The position numbers were made by a program, and so were the translations under genes. A model generated the notes under the pieces. The model saw nothing but the letters and a program-made list of their open reading frames with translations. It was not told the origin of the DNA and made no database searches. A stretch of 64,000 nucleotides of DNA from an uncultured bacterium (GTDB taxonomy: Bacteria > Desulfobacterota_D > UBA1144 > Nemesobacterales > UBA2774): the NCBI GenBank assembly GCA_963825135.1, contig CAWGRW010000009.1, forward strand, positions 832,001-896,000, read 5' to 3'. This document shows, piece after piece, positions 48,085-57,909 of this stretch. Numbering within the stretch: the first letter of the stretch is position 1; every line of letters begins with the position of its first letter.

Positions 48085-48669
48085 ATGGAAATTGATAATC
48101 TCGACAGATCGCTCATCGAAAGTAAATTCGAAAAGCTCATATCAAAATCAAAAAAATACATCAATACCAGAGACGAAGGCGAGTTGATCTCCCTCAGGAA
48201 CGACCTCATTCACCTCAAGTTAAAGCTCGAGAGCGCACTCGAAGAAAACAGGGTAAAACACAATGCAAATACTGTTGTTGCCCTTAAGCTGACGCTCTCC
48301 ATCATCCAGAAGTTCACCTACTCCGTTCATTTGCTTGAGAATCTTAAATCGAAAAAGCCCATGTGTACCGACTTCGATACCAAACAGATGCTCGACACAC
48401 TCCTTCCCCATATCAAGATACTTGTAGAGCACGAAAATTGGTATGAAATGCTCGATTCGAAGAGATTGGAAGAGGACTGTTCTTTTATAGAATCACTGGA
48501 GGACCAGCACAAGAGAATCATACTCACATACCTGGTGCAGGACTGGCACAATATGGACGAAGTAATAAACATGTTGAAAATAGGGGAATTATATAAAAGC
48601 ATAGCGGAGAAGCTTGTCGGTCTTTCACTTGTATCAAGTTACATTACCAAGAAGAAGAAAACGTCTTAG
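48085..48669 (+). CDS. Divergent PhoU-like helical protein
   Basis: GGGAGG RBS; IILTYLVQDWHNMDEVINMLKIGELYKSIAEK resembles the PhoU C-terminal repeat. Confidence 0.5.
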   Translation: MEIDNLDRSLIESKFEKLISKSKKYINTRDEGELISLRNDLIHLKLKLESALEENRVKHNANTVVALKLTLSIIQKFTYSVHLLENLKSKKPMCTDFDTKQMLDTLLPHIKILVEHENWYEMLDSKRLEEDCSFIESLEDQHKRIILTYLVQDWHNMDEVINMLKIGELYKSIAEKLVGLSLVSSYITKKKKTS

Positions 48670-48735
48670 CCATCCCGCCTCAGAGTAAAATCCAAATGCC
48701 GGGCTCGAATAATCCGCCGGCACTGGAAACACCGA

Positions 48736-49794
48736 TCAGTCCCTAGACCCTGCCGCGTCTTTAGTGAATTCCCGCGGCGGGAAGTAATCGTCGCTCAAGG
48801 CGTCGGCTTTGGGTGTGCAATCGAGGATCCTCTCGACGATTGAAGGAAGATTGTTCTTGTAATTCGCATTATAAACGAAGCTCGAATCGATCCAGTCCTC
48901 GAGACTCTTCTCAAAACCCGGACCCACGTTCCTTATAACCGGTATGCCCAGCCTCTCAAGGGCCTCGGCGTTACACTGCTGCTCGTACTGCCTCCTCATA
49001 GGGACGACCATGAGCTTTTTACCGAGGTAGAGCGTTTCAGCCGGGGTTTCAAACCCGGCGTTGCATAATATTCCCTCGCACTCCGAAAGACTCCTGACGA
49101 ACTCATCGTTCTTCACAGGGTAAACGGTTACGTTGGAGTCTCTATAAGGCTCCCCCTTATGATGCTTTGAAAACACCTCCCACTTAACGTCTATCTTTCT
49201 CAAGAGCCCGGACAAGAAGCTGTAATCATAGGAAGGCAGATAGACCGTATAATGGCCCTTGTTCTTAACGTCGGAGTTCCTTATTTCCTCTCTTATTATA
49301 GGAGTGAAAATAAAATCGTCGTATTCCTGGAAATGTAGTCCTATATAATTCGGCGAGGGCGAAAACCATTTGATTATTAATTCCTGGGCGCGGTTTTTTC
49401 GCTTCGGTCTCGGAATATGAGGTGACAGAAAAGAGGCCTGGTGAGAAAGAGAAACGGACGGAGCGCCCTTCAGTTTAGCCGACCAGGCCGTGACCGGCTC
49501 GAAATCGCTCAATACCAGATCGTATTTCTCAACGGGTATCTTATAAATATCGGAGATTAATTTATAGGGGCTGAAGTACTTAAAGGAATTCCAGTAGTCG
49601 ATGCCTCCCCGTTTGCCGAACGTGAATCCGAGACCGGGAAGTTCGTATTTAACCTCAAAACCGAGATGCACCTCGTGGTGGTGGCCGCTCACAAGCACGT
49701 CCACATCCGCGCGTTTAAGAAGGTACTTGAGTAGCTCCCTGCATCGGGAGATATGCCCGTTTCCAGTACCCTGTATTCCGAATAATACTTTCAT
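48736..49794 (-). CDS. MJ1255/VC2487-like glycosyltransferase
   Basis: GIQGTGNGHISR, SDFEP, NAGFET..E.LYLGK, QYEQQCNA. Confidence 0.85.
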   Translation of the reverse strand: MKVLFGIQGTGNGHISRCRELLKYLLKRADVDVLVSGHHHEVHLGFEVKYELPGLGFTFGKRGGIDYWNSFKYFSPYKLISDIYKIPVEKYDLVLSDFEPVTAWSAKLKGAPSVSLSHQASFLSPHIPRPKRKNRAQELIIKWFSPSPNYIGLHFQEYDDFIFTPIIREEIRNSDVKNKGHYTVYLPSYDYSFLSGLLRKIDVKWEVFSKHHKGEPYRDSNVTVYPVKNDEFVRSLSECEGILCNAGFETPAETLYLGKKLMVVPMRRQYEQQCNAEALERLGIPVIRNVGPGFEKSLEDWIDSSFVYNANYKNNLPSIVERILDCTPKADALSDDYFPPREFTKDAAGSRD

Positions 49795-50320
49795 GCCAGA
49801 TTCAGTTAAGAAAAACCCGCTCCGCCGGACGCTGAGATCAAAAGGAGCCGTACAACGACATCAGTCTTCGCATGCTGTAGTTATATTCTATAAATCCGGC
49901 CAGTTAAGCGCTCATGCGCTAACCCTACGCATCGTAGGGCTTTGCTGCCAACGCGAGAATACAGTTAGCCAAAATTCAAGTATATTACATAGGAAGAGTT
50001 ATTCCAAGCTCCCGGGTTGTGACCGCCCGGCACGCTTATCATTCCCCGGACGCAGTAAGCGGCTCCGCAAGGAACGGAATTAACGATACGGGTATTGTAT
50101 TTCTCCCACATTAAGGGAATATTAAAAACGTATTAAAATGAATCTATAAACCCGGAATGTTCATCGACCCCGATTCTCCGTGATATCTGGACTTTGTGTC
50201 CGCTTCTTTGATATAATTGATGTATTTCATAAACGTAGAATTAATAGGCGCTTAATACGGATTAAATATCAAGATGTTATTTAACACTTAATACCTTAAC
50301 ACTTCAGTGCGGAGATACGC

Positions 50321-51181
50321 ATGCTGGGAAAAAAAGTCATGTCTTTAAAAGACACGGTAACTTCATCGAACGTGCTGAGAAAGGCGTTCAGATGGAAATT
50401 AAGGCAGTTCAAACCAAAGGTGCCGCTCTACATCGAAAGCAACAGATTCCTCATCAAAACCGTCGAAAACAGCTCCGAGCTGGAGAAGGCGCTCAACTTG
50501 AGATACGAGGTTTTCTACAGGGAGACCCTGAATAAAGAAAATTTTTCCGGAACCGATATCGACAAGTTCGACCGGGTGTGTGACCACTTAATCATTCTCG
50601 ACAAGAAGTACAACATCGTCGTGGGGACGTACAGGTTCATATCTTCAACCTTCTCCGACAAATTTTACTCGGAAACGGAGTTCTCGATCGACCAGATCAA
50701 ATCCGCCGAGGGTATAAAGCTTGAGCTCGGGAGGGCGTGCGTCCACAAGGATTACAGAAACGGCACCGGCATAGCTTTGCTTTGGAAAGGGCTATCCGAA
50801 TATTTCAAGAAGATAAACGCTAAATACCTGTTCGGGTGCTCAAGCATCGGAACCACGAACATCGTCGAAATCAGCCTTATTTACAAATATATCAAAGAAC
50901 TGTATCTGTCACCCGAGAACTTCAGGGTGTATCCCAACGAGAAACACAGGATCAAAGAGCTCGATTACTATCTGGGCGCCTTTGACAAATTCGGCATCAA
51001 GACGGAATCGATCGAGGATTTCATCCCTCCCTTGCTCAAGAGCTATCTGAAGGCGGGCTCGGTTATTTGCGGCGAGCCGGCGCTCGACAAAAAATTCAAG
51101 TGCGCCGATTTTTTCACCGTCCTCGACCTCGAGCTGATCTCCAAATCCTTTGAGAAGAGGTATAAGGCGCCAAATGATTAG
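50321..51181 (+). CDS. olsB: GNAT N-acyltransferase, OlsB-like (ornithine lipid synthesis)
   Basis: LRYEVFYRE, DIDKFD..CDHL, VGTYR, ELGRACVH..YR, PPLLKSYL..G..ICGEPA.D..F..AD. Confidence 0.85.
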   Translation: MLGKKVMSLKDTVTSSNVLRKAFRWKLRQFKPKVPLYIESNRFLIKTVENSSELEKALNLRYEVFYRETLNKENFSGTDIDKFDRVCDHLIILDKKYNIVVGTYRFISSTFSDKFYSETEFSIDQIKSAEGIKLELGRACVHKDYRNGTGIALLWKGLSEYFKKINAKYLFGCSSIGTTNIVEISLIYKYIKELYLSPENFRVYPNEKHRIKELDYYLGAFDKFGIKTESIEDFIPPLLKSYLKAGSVICGEPALDKKFKCADFFTVLDLELISKSFEKRYKAPND

Positions 51182-51976
51182 AAAGTATACGAAGCTCTTC
51201 TTTTTTTTTGCGTAGTCGCGTCTTATTTCACAACTACAACTTTACTTCGGGCCGTAGCAAGAGAAAAAAAAAGGAAATTAAACTGGTCTACCAGGGCCCT
51301 GTCGTTTCACTCGGCCCTCATGAAGAAGGCGTTAGGCATCAGGGTCAGCCTGCAAAACCAGGGAAACGGTCTCCGCGGCGAAACGAATTTTCTGATCCTC
51401 TCAAACCACCTCTCGTACCTGGATATCTTCGTAATATCCTCGGTCTTTCCCGTGTCCTTTATAGCGAGCGTCGATGAGGTAAAAGGCGCGTTCCTCCTCG
51501 GCAGGGCTACGGAACTAGGCGGCGGCTTCTTCGTCGAGAGAAGGAGCAGATCGGGCCTCAGGAGCGAGATAGATGCGATTTCCGAGATCTTAAGTTTGGG
51601 GATCAATGTGGCCCTTTTCCCCGAGGGGACGACATCAAACGGGGACCTGGTCCTTCCGTTTAAAACCCCTTTGTTAAGCCTGGCCGAAAAAGCCGGCGTG
51701 GAAATTTTACCCCTCTGCGTCAAATACAGGAGAATCGACGGGGAAGACATCACCGAAAAGAACAGAGACCTGGTCTATTATTACGGGGACATGAAATTCT
51801 TCGATCACCTGTTCAAGCTGCTGCCGATTAAATCCATAGACGCGGAATTAGTGATTCTGGATAAAATTGATCCTAAAACGGCTAACTCCAGAAAGGAGAT
51901 GGCGAGGTCGGTCTACGACATGATCAATTCGGCATATATGAGTGGTGGGAAAGCCGAAACGACGCTCCATAACTAG
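51174..51976 (+). CDS. Lyso-lipid acyltransferase, OlsA/PlsC-like; N-terminus out of frame at a T9 tract
   Basis: NHLSYLD, FPEGTT, LPFK; ATG 51174 overlaps the olsB stop but needs one extra T to join the ORF at 51320. Confidence 0.8.
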
Positions 51977-52048
51977 CCGACCATATTTCAAGCAGCGGCG
52001 GGTCCTATGCAGCCGGGAGATCATCCCCGGCCGATTCAGTTTCACCCA

Positions 52049-53332
52049 TCAGGGCGCGGTCAATAGCGAGACCGACTCTATATGATAGGTCTCGGGAAAC
52101 ATATCGAAAGGCTTAACTCTCACGAGTTTATACCCCGAGTCTCCGAATATCCTTATATCCCTGGCTAAAGTTGACGGGTCGCAGGACACGTAAATGATCT
52201 TCTTGGGGGAGAAGCGCACAACGCCGGCTACGGCTTCCTTGGCGCCTTCCCTCGGAGGGTCGAGCAGGACGATATCCACGGGCCCCGCCCCCGGGTCGGC
52301 ATCGCGCACGTATTCCTCGGATGGAGCGATATGAAAAATAATATTATTAAGACCGTTCAACTCGGCGCTCTTCTTCGCGAGCGCTACTGATTTTTTATTT
52401 ATCTCAACGGAAATCACCCGCTTTGACGACATCGCGAGTGGAATTGAAAAATTGCCCGCGCCCGAATAGAGGTCGAGTACCGTTTCCGCTCCTGATAACC
52501 CCGCCCAGTCGAGCACAGTACCGATGAGGGCCTCGTTAACGGGAGTATTGGACTGCGTAAAGACGGACGGGGAAGTCAAAAGCGTATATCCCGGCAGAGA
52601 GAGCCCGAACTCCACCTCATCCTTCCCGGTGACCGAGACATTCTCCGTCTCATCATGCCTTCTCAGGTGTTTGGCCAGCGATCTGAGAGAGCCTGACCCG
52701 ACTCTGAACCGGGGCACTAATGTTATATAGGCTTTCTGTCCGTCAGAGGACAAAAATATTTTTTCAAGCGGATAACGAGGCTCACCGATAGAAGATAAAA
52801 CGTTCGACAACCTCGATATCGCTTTATTGATCACGCCGTCAGCTATCGGGCATGATTCGATTTCTACATTTGTTCTGCTCATCTCACGGTAATAACCGAC
52901 ATGCCACCCTCCGGAGGAATACCAGGCCGATAGCAGAACGCGCCTCCTGTATCCGTACTCGGAAGGGGAAGGGAACATCGGCTCGACAACGACATCCCCG
53001 ATACCGCCTATTCTTTGCAGCGTTTCCCTCAGTATGTTTTCCTTCTCCCTCAGCTGCGCCGGGTAGATCAGGTTTTGCAGCTGGCACCCGCCGCAGAGAC
53101 TGAAAACAGGGCATGGAGGCTCCACCCTTTCCCGGGAAGGTTCCGCTATCTCGTCGATAACGGCCTCGGCAAAATTGCCCCTGTCGTTTGTGACCCTGAT
53201 ATCGACGATATCGTGGGGGAGCCCCCCCTTGACGAAATACACCTTCCCGTCCTTCCTGGCGATACCGCTTCCCCCGAATGCCAGCCTCTCGATTTCTACA
53301 CGCAATAGAGCCCCCTGTTTAATTATCAACAT
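52049..53332 (-). CDS. rlmD: 23S rRNA m5U methyltransferase, RlmD/TrmA family
   Basis: TRAM domain, CPVFSLCGGCQ, LDLYSGAGNF, DPPREG, YVSCDPSTLARD. Confidence 0.92.
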   Translation of the reverse strand: MLIIKQGALLRVEIERLAFGGSGIARKDGKVYFVKGGLPHDIVDIRVTNDRGNFAEAVIDEIAEPSRERVEPPCPVFSLCGGCQLQNLIYPAQLREKENILRETLQRIGGIGDVVVEPMFPSPSEYGYRRRVLLSAWYSSGGWHVGYYREMSRTNVEIESCPIADGVINKAISRLSNVLSSIGEPRYPLEKIFLSSDGQKAYITLVPRFRVGSGSLRSLAKHLRRHDETENVSVTGKDEVEFGLSLPGYTLLTSPSVFTQSNTPVNEALIGTVLDWAGLSGAETVLDLYSGAGNFSIPLAMSSKRVISVEINKKSVALAKKSAELNGLNNIIFHIAPSEEYVRDADPGAGPVDIVLLDPPREGAKEAVAGVVRFSPKKIIYVSCDPSTLARDIRIFGDSGYKLVRVKPFDMFPETYHIESVSLLTAP

Positions 53333-53335
53333 ATT

Positions 53336-54343
53336 TTAACTTATAAACATCGCGTCCCCGTAACTGAGGAACCTGTAATCCCTGTCGAGCGCCTCATCGT
53401 ACGCTCTGAAAATAAAATCCCTGCCCGCGAACGCGGAGACCAGCATGAGAAGCGTCGAGCGGGGAAGATGGAAATTAGTGATAAGCGCGTCCGCGACCTT
53501 GAATCCGTAACCGGGGAGAATGAAGAGGTCGGTCTCCCCGCTGCACGGGATTACCTCTCCGTCCATACTTACCGAGGACTCGAGCGTCCTCAGGACCGTC
53601 GTTCCGACGGCGATTACCCTTCTCCCCTCGGCCTTTGCACAGTTGACGGCCTCAGCCGCTTCTCCGGGTATCGCTCGGAACTCCGTGTGCATATCGTGCT
53701 CCTGAACGAATTCCGTCTTCACCGGTTTGAACGTGCCTATACCGACATGGAGAGTGACATGGACTATCCGCACCCCCCTCTGCTCGATCTCTCTCAGAAG
53801 TCCGTGCGTGAAGTGAAGCCCCGCGGTAGGGGCCGCTATGGCCCCTTCTCTCTCCGCATAGACCGTCTGATACGACTCCCTGTCTTCCGCATCGGACTCG
53901 CGTTTGATGTATGGGGGAAGGGGCATCCTCCCCGAATGTTGTATATACGAATCCGGGTCCTCGCTGAATTCCATGAGCCAGCCTCCGCCGTCTTCCCGGA
54001 GGAGCTTCCCGCGAGGGCCGTCCTCAAACTCGACGACGAGCCCCCTCTTCGGGTTCCTGACCAGGCACTTCCATGTCCGGCTGTCCTGCTTTCCGACCAG
54101 TAGTATCTCCGCCCTTTCTCCGGACGTTTTCCTCCCGAAGAGCCTCGCCGGTATCACCCTGGTATTATTCAGGACGAGCACGTCACCCGGCGTAAGCAGA
54201 CCGGGGAGATCGAAAAATTTCAAGTGTGATATTCGCCCGGTTCCCCTGTCGAGCGCCATCAGCTTCGAATTTTGTCTATCAGCAGCCGGACGGCACGCGA
54301 TCCGTTCCTCCGGAAGATGATAATCGAAGTCGGATGTCTTCAT
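53336..54343 (-). CDS. queA: SAM:tRNA ribosyltransferase-isomerase
   Basis: FDYHLP, PLPPYI, AAPTAGLHF, TNFHLPRSTL, SYGDAM. Confidence 0.97.
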   Translation of the reverse strand: MKTSDFDYHLPEERIACRPAADRQNSKLMALDRGTGRISHLKFFDLPGLLTPGDVLVLNNTRVIPARLFGRKTSGERAEILLVGKQDSRTWKCLVRNPKRGLVVEFEDGPRGKLLREDGGGWLMEFSEDPDSYIQHSGRMPLPPYIKRESDAEDRESYQTVYAEREGAIAAPTAGLHFTHGLLREIEQRGVRIVHVTLHVGIGTFKPVKTEFVQEHDMHTEFRAIPGEAAEAVNCAKAEGRRVIAVGTTVLRTLESSVSMDGEVIPCSGETDLFILPGYGFKVADALITNFHLPRSTLLMLVSAFAGRDFIFRAYDEALDRDYRFLSYGDAMFIS

Positions 54344-54354
54344 CGAGATAGAAT

Positions 54355-55563
54355 TTACTGCCCTTTATTTTCGAGCAGCTTTCGGACAGAAAGCCTGAGC
54401 GCGTTCAGTTTAATAAACCCCGTAGCGTCAGCCTGGTTATATATGCTGTCCTTCTCAAACGTAGCCAGGTCTTCTTTATAAAGGGAATAAGGCGAACGCC
54501 TCCCCGCCATGATGATATTACCCTTGTAAATCTTGAGCCTTATCGTCCCGGTCACGTTCTTCTGAGACTCCTCGACCGCGGTCTTGAGCATGTCCATTTC
54601 AGGCGAATACCAGAACCCGTAATATATGAGCTCGGCGATCCTCGGGATAAGCGAGTCCCTGAGGTGCATGACCTCCCTATCCATCGTCAGAGATTCGAGC
54701 GCCCTGTGCGCGGCGTGCAGTATCGTGCCGCCGGGCGTTTCGTACACCCCGCGGGACTTCATGCCGACGAACCGGTTCTCTACGAGGTCCACTCTCCCAA
54801 CGCCGTTAGCCCCGCCTATCTTGTTCAGCGCCGTGAGAAGCTCGACCGGCTTAAGCTCCCTACCGTCGACCTTTACCGGCACCCCTTTTTCGAAATCGAT
54901 ATCCAGATAAACGGGCTCGTCAGGGGCCCTCTCCGGCGAAACGGTCATCTCGAACATGTTTTCAGGCGGCTCGGACCACGGGTCCTCGAGTATCCCGCCT
55001 TCGTAGCTCGTATGGAAGAGGTTCCTGTCGCAGCTATAAGGCTTTTGCTGTGTGACCGGAACGGGGATACCGTGCTTCTCCGCATACTCTATGAGCGAGG
55101 TTCTGGAGTTTAAATCCCACTCCCTCCACGGAGCGATGACCTTGATTCCGGGGTCGAGCGCATAATAAGTGAGCTCAAAGCGCACCTGGTCATTGCCTTT
55201 TCCCGTCGCGCCGTGAGAAACGGCAAACGCTTTCTCTTTCTTTGCGACCTCTATTTGCTTTTTCGCTATCAGCGGGCGGGCGAGAGAGGTTCCCAACAGA
55301 TAGGAACCTTCGTATATTGCGCCCGACTTGATTGCCGTAAAGACGAAGTCACGTACGAACTCGTCCCGCAGGTCCTCAATGTACACCTTGCTTGCGCCCG
55401 TCCTGAGCGCCTTCTCCCTGGCCTCCTCAAGGTCCTCACCCTGACCGAGGTCCGCGACGAAAGCAATTATTTCGGCGTCGTATCTCTCGGCGAGCCATTT
55501 GAGAATGACAGAGGTATCGAGTCCGCCCGAATAGGCCAAAACGATCTTTTCAGCTTTACCCAT
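54355..55563 (-). CDS. argG: Argininosuccinate synthase
   Basis: [33 protein letters not shown]. Confidence 0.97.
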   Translation of the reverse strand: MGKAEKIVLAYSGGLDTSVILKWLAERYDAEIIAFVADLGQGEDLEEAREKALRTGASKVYIEDLRDEFVRDFVFTAIKSGAIYEGSYLLGTSLARPLIAKKQIEVAKKEKAFAVSHGATGKGNDQVRFELTYYALDPGIKVIAPWREWDLNSRTSLIEYAEKHGIPVPVTQQKPYSCDRNLFHTSYEGGILEDPWSEPPENMFEMTVSPERAPDEPVYLDIDFEKGVPVKVDGRELKPVELLTALNKIGGANGVGRVDLVENRFVGMKSRGVYETPGGTILHAAHRALESLTMDREVMHLRDSLIPRIAELIYYGFWYSPEMDMLKTAVEESQKNVTGTIRLKIYKGNIIMAGRRSPYSLYKEDLATFEKDSIYNQADATGFIKLNALRLSVRKLLENKGQ

Positions 55564-55702
55564 AATATGATATTCCTCCATGTAACCGAGGTGACCCGGA
55601 TATTAAAATTCAGATATAAGATTTACGTAGAGCACTCAGGAATTATTTCCTCTTGAAGATTAATGCCGTCCGGACGAATAACCGTCATTCACGACTCGAC
55701 CG

Positions 55703-56149
55703 CTAGTCTCCCCGCCCCGGCTGAGGCCTCAGGTCGTGCAGGTAAAACTTGGCGTTATGGCTCTCGTAAAATTTTTCGAGCGTTATCCCGATGTACTCTA
55801 TTTTTTCCTGATCATCACCCATATATGAGGCGCGTTTTACCTCATTCGAAACCTTGCACAGGACCGGAACGTCTTTCGAGGGCTCTTCGTGCGATATGAA
55901 TCTGAGCGTCAAGTCGCTGTTCTCCATCTTGAAATTCTCCGGGGTAACAAAACCCACGGTCATTTTAGCGCTGATAAACTCCACGATAAGGAGTCTCACC
56001 ACGCTGATACCGGTCCCCTCCGTACCGCCTTCGATCTCGAATTTATAGCCGTAATAATCGAGGGTCTGATTCTGCTCGTTGATAGAATGCAGATACCAGT
56101 AGTCTTCCGAATCGACCCAGCACATAATCTGAAGCATGATCGCCTCCAA
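55703..56149 (-). CDS. Hypothetical protein
   Basis: Clean ORF co-oriented between pgeF and argG. Confidence 0.7.
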   Translation of the reverse strand: MEAIMLQIMCWVDSEDYWYLHSINEQNQTLDYYGYKFEIEGGTEGTGISVVRLLIVEFISAKMTVGFVTPENFKMENSDLTLRFISHEEPSKDVPVLCKVSNEVKRASYMGDDQEKIEYIGITLEKFYESHNAKFYLHDLRPQPGRGD

Positions 56150-56222
56150 ATCCAGATTTATACTTTCGTGAAAATCCCGGATATTATACCCAGAAAAAAA
56201 TATAACACTTAGTGCGGATACC

Positions 56223-56909
56223 CTAAAGAAGCCCTATTACGCTGAGCTGGCTCCCGACGCCCTTCCCTTCCCTCCTGTAAGAATAGAAGTTTGCGTTACA
56301 TTTAGTGCAGATCCCCAAGACCTCGATATCAGGTACGCCCGATTTCTCAAGCGCCCTCCTGTTTGCCCCAGGGAGGTCGAGCATGTATTTGTAATTGTCC
56401 GCCGGCGTTAGATATTCACTCCAGTCGTCGAACCCTTCCATGAAGAGGGAGGCGACGTCATCTCCCACCTCATAGCAGCATTTCCCGATAGAGGGGCCGA
56501 TAACCGCTTTCATGTCCGAGGGGCCGAAACCGTATTCCGTGTGAATCCTCTCAAGCGCGGCGTCCAGTATTTTCGACTTCGTCCCGCGCCATCCCGCGTG
56601 CACGGCGCCGGCTACGGTCCCCCCCTTATCCGTGAGAAGAATCGGCACGCAATCCGCGGTCGAGATTCCGATACCGACGCCCCTCAAAGAGGTTATGACG
56701 GCGTCCCCGTCGGAAACCTTCCCCCCTCCGATACCAACCCTCTCACCGAGAACGAAGACTTCGTTTCCGTGTACCTGATTGAGTCTCGCGAGGCCTGAAA
56801 AGCCGAAAAGCGCAGCGATTTCCACGGCGGTGCCGCTGACATCCCTGTCGGCGAAACCGTGCGCAACGCCGGGAACGGAAGACAGCATTTTCGATCTGAC
56901 CCAGGCCAT
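56223..56909 (-). CDS. pgeF: PgeF/YfiH purine nucleoside phosphorylase/laccase-domain protein
   Basis: QVHG, TADCVPIL, HAGWRG, GPSI..CCYEV, FYSYRR; follows rluD. Confidence 0.93.
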   Translation of the reverse strand: MAWVRSKMLSSVPGVAHGFADRDVSGTAVEIAALFGFSGLARLNQVHGNEVFVLGERVGIGGGKVSDGDAVITSLRGVGIGISTADCVPILLTDKGGTVAGAVHAGWRGTKSKILDAALERIHTEYGFGPSDMKAVIGPSIGKCCYEVGDDVASLFMEGFDDWSEYLTPADNYKYMLDLPGANRRALEKSGVPDIEVLGICTKCNANFYSYRREGKGVGSQLSVIGLL

Positions 56910-56912
56910 AAT

Positions 56913-57878
56913 CTAGAGACTATTTTCCCCGGATTCGGCGAGAATGTTAAGGGCGTCGCTCATGTCCCGGGGAAGCGGAGCGCTGAATTCGACAAATTCT
57001 TGAGTATGGGGGTGGACAAAGCCGATTTTAGAGGCATGGAGGGCCTGCCTGCCTATTTCCTTTGCGGCATGAACAATCGCGGGGGGCCGCCCTTTTTTAT
57101 GTCCGTACACGGCGTCAGCGAGTATCGGATAACCGTTCTCCGAAAAATGAACCCTTATCTGGTGAGTCCTGCCCGTTTTGGGCTCGGCTTCGACGAGCGC
57201 CGCGTCCTTAAACCTCTTTAACACCTTCCAGAGAGTTACGGATTCTCTCCCTCTCCTGGCCTTCGAAGACATTTTCTTTCTATCGGAGGGGTGTCTCCCT
57301 ATGATCGACGTAAAAGTGCCGGATTCCTTCTTGATATTACCCTCGACTATGGCGAGATACCTTTTCTGTACGGTCCTGGCCTTGAACTGGTTAACTAGAG
57401 AGTTATGCGATATATCGTTCTTGGCAACCACCATTACCCCCGAGGTATCCTTGTCGAGACGGTGAACTATTCCGGGCCTTATCTTCCCCCCGATACCGGA
57501 CAGGTTCTTGCATCTATGGAGGAGGGCGTTAACGAGCGTCCCGCCGCCGAGCCCGGCGCCCGGATGAACCGCCATCCCGGGGGGCTTGTCCACGACTGCA
57601 ATATAATCATCCTCGTAAAGAATTGTCAGTGGTATGTCCTCCGGGATGGCCTCGATGGGACCAGGCTCGGGCAGGGTTATCCGCACGACCTCGCCTCCTT
57701 CGAGCTTTCTCGAAGGCTTGACCGGCTCCCCGCCGACCAGAACGTGCTTTTCTTCTATCAGTCTTTTTATCTGAGACCGGGTATGTCCGGAAAGAAAAAG
57801 AGAGAGCGCTATATCCGCCCTTTTTCCCGAAAGCTCCGGAGGGATAAGAAAGGTTTCGGTTTTGTCCTCTTTAGTCAT
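56913..57878 (-). CDS. rluD: RluD-family pseudouridine synthase
   Basis: S4 domain, RPGIVHRLDKDTSG, TGRTHQIRVH, RQALHA. Confidence 0.93.
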   Translation of the reverse strand: MTKEDKTETFLIPPELSGKRADIALSLFLSGHTRSQIKRLIEEKHVLVGGEPVKPSRKLEGGEVVRITLPEPGPIEAIPEDIPLTILYEDDYIAVVDKPPGMAVHPGAGLGGGTLVNALLHRCKNLSGIGGKIRPGIVHRLDKDTSGVMVVAKNDISHNSLVNQFKARTVQKRYLAIVEGNIKKESGTFTSIIGRHPSDRKKMSSKARRGRESVTLWKVLKRFKDAALVEAEPKTGRTHQIRVHFSENGYPILADAVYGHKKGRPPAIVHAAKEIGRQALHASKIGFVHPHTQEFVEFSAPLPRDMSDALNILAESGENSL

Positions 57879-57909
57879 AATATCAAAGGGGGAGGGAGAA
57901 CGTGGGTAG

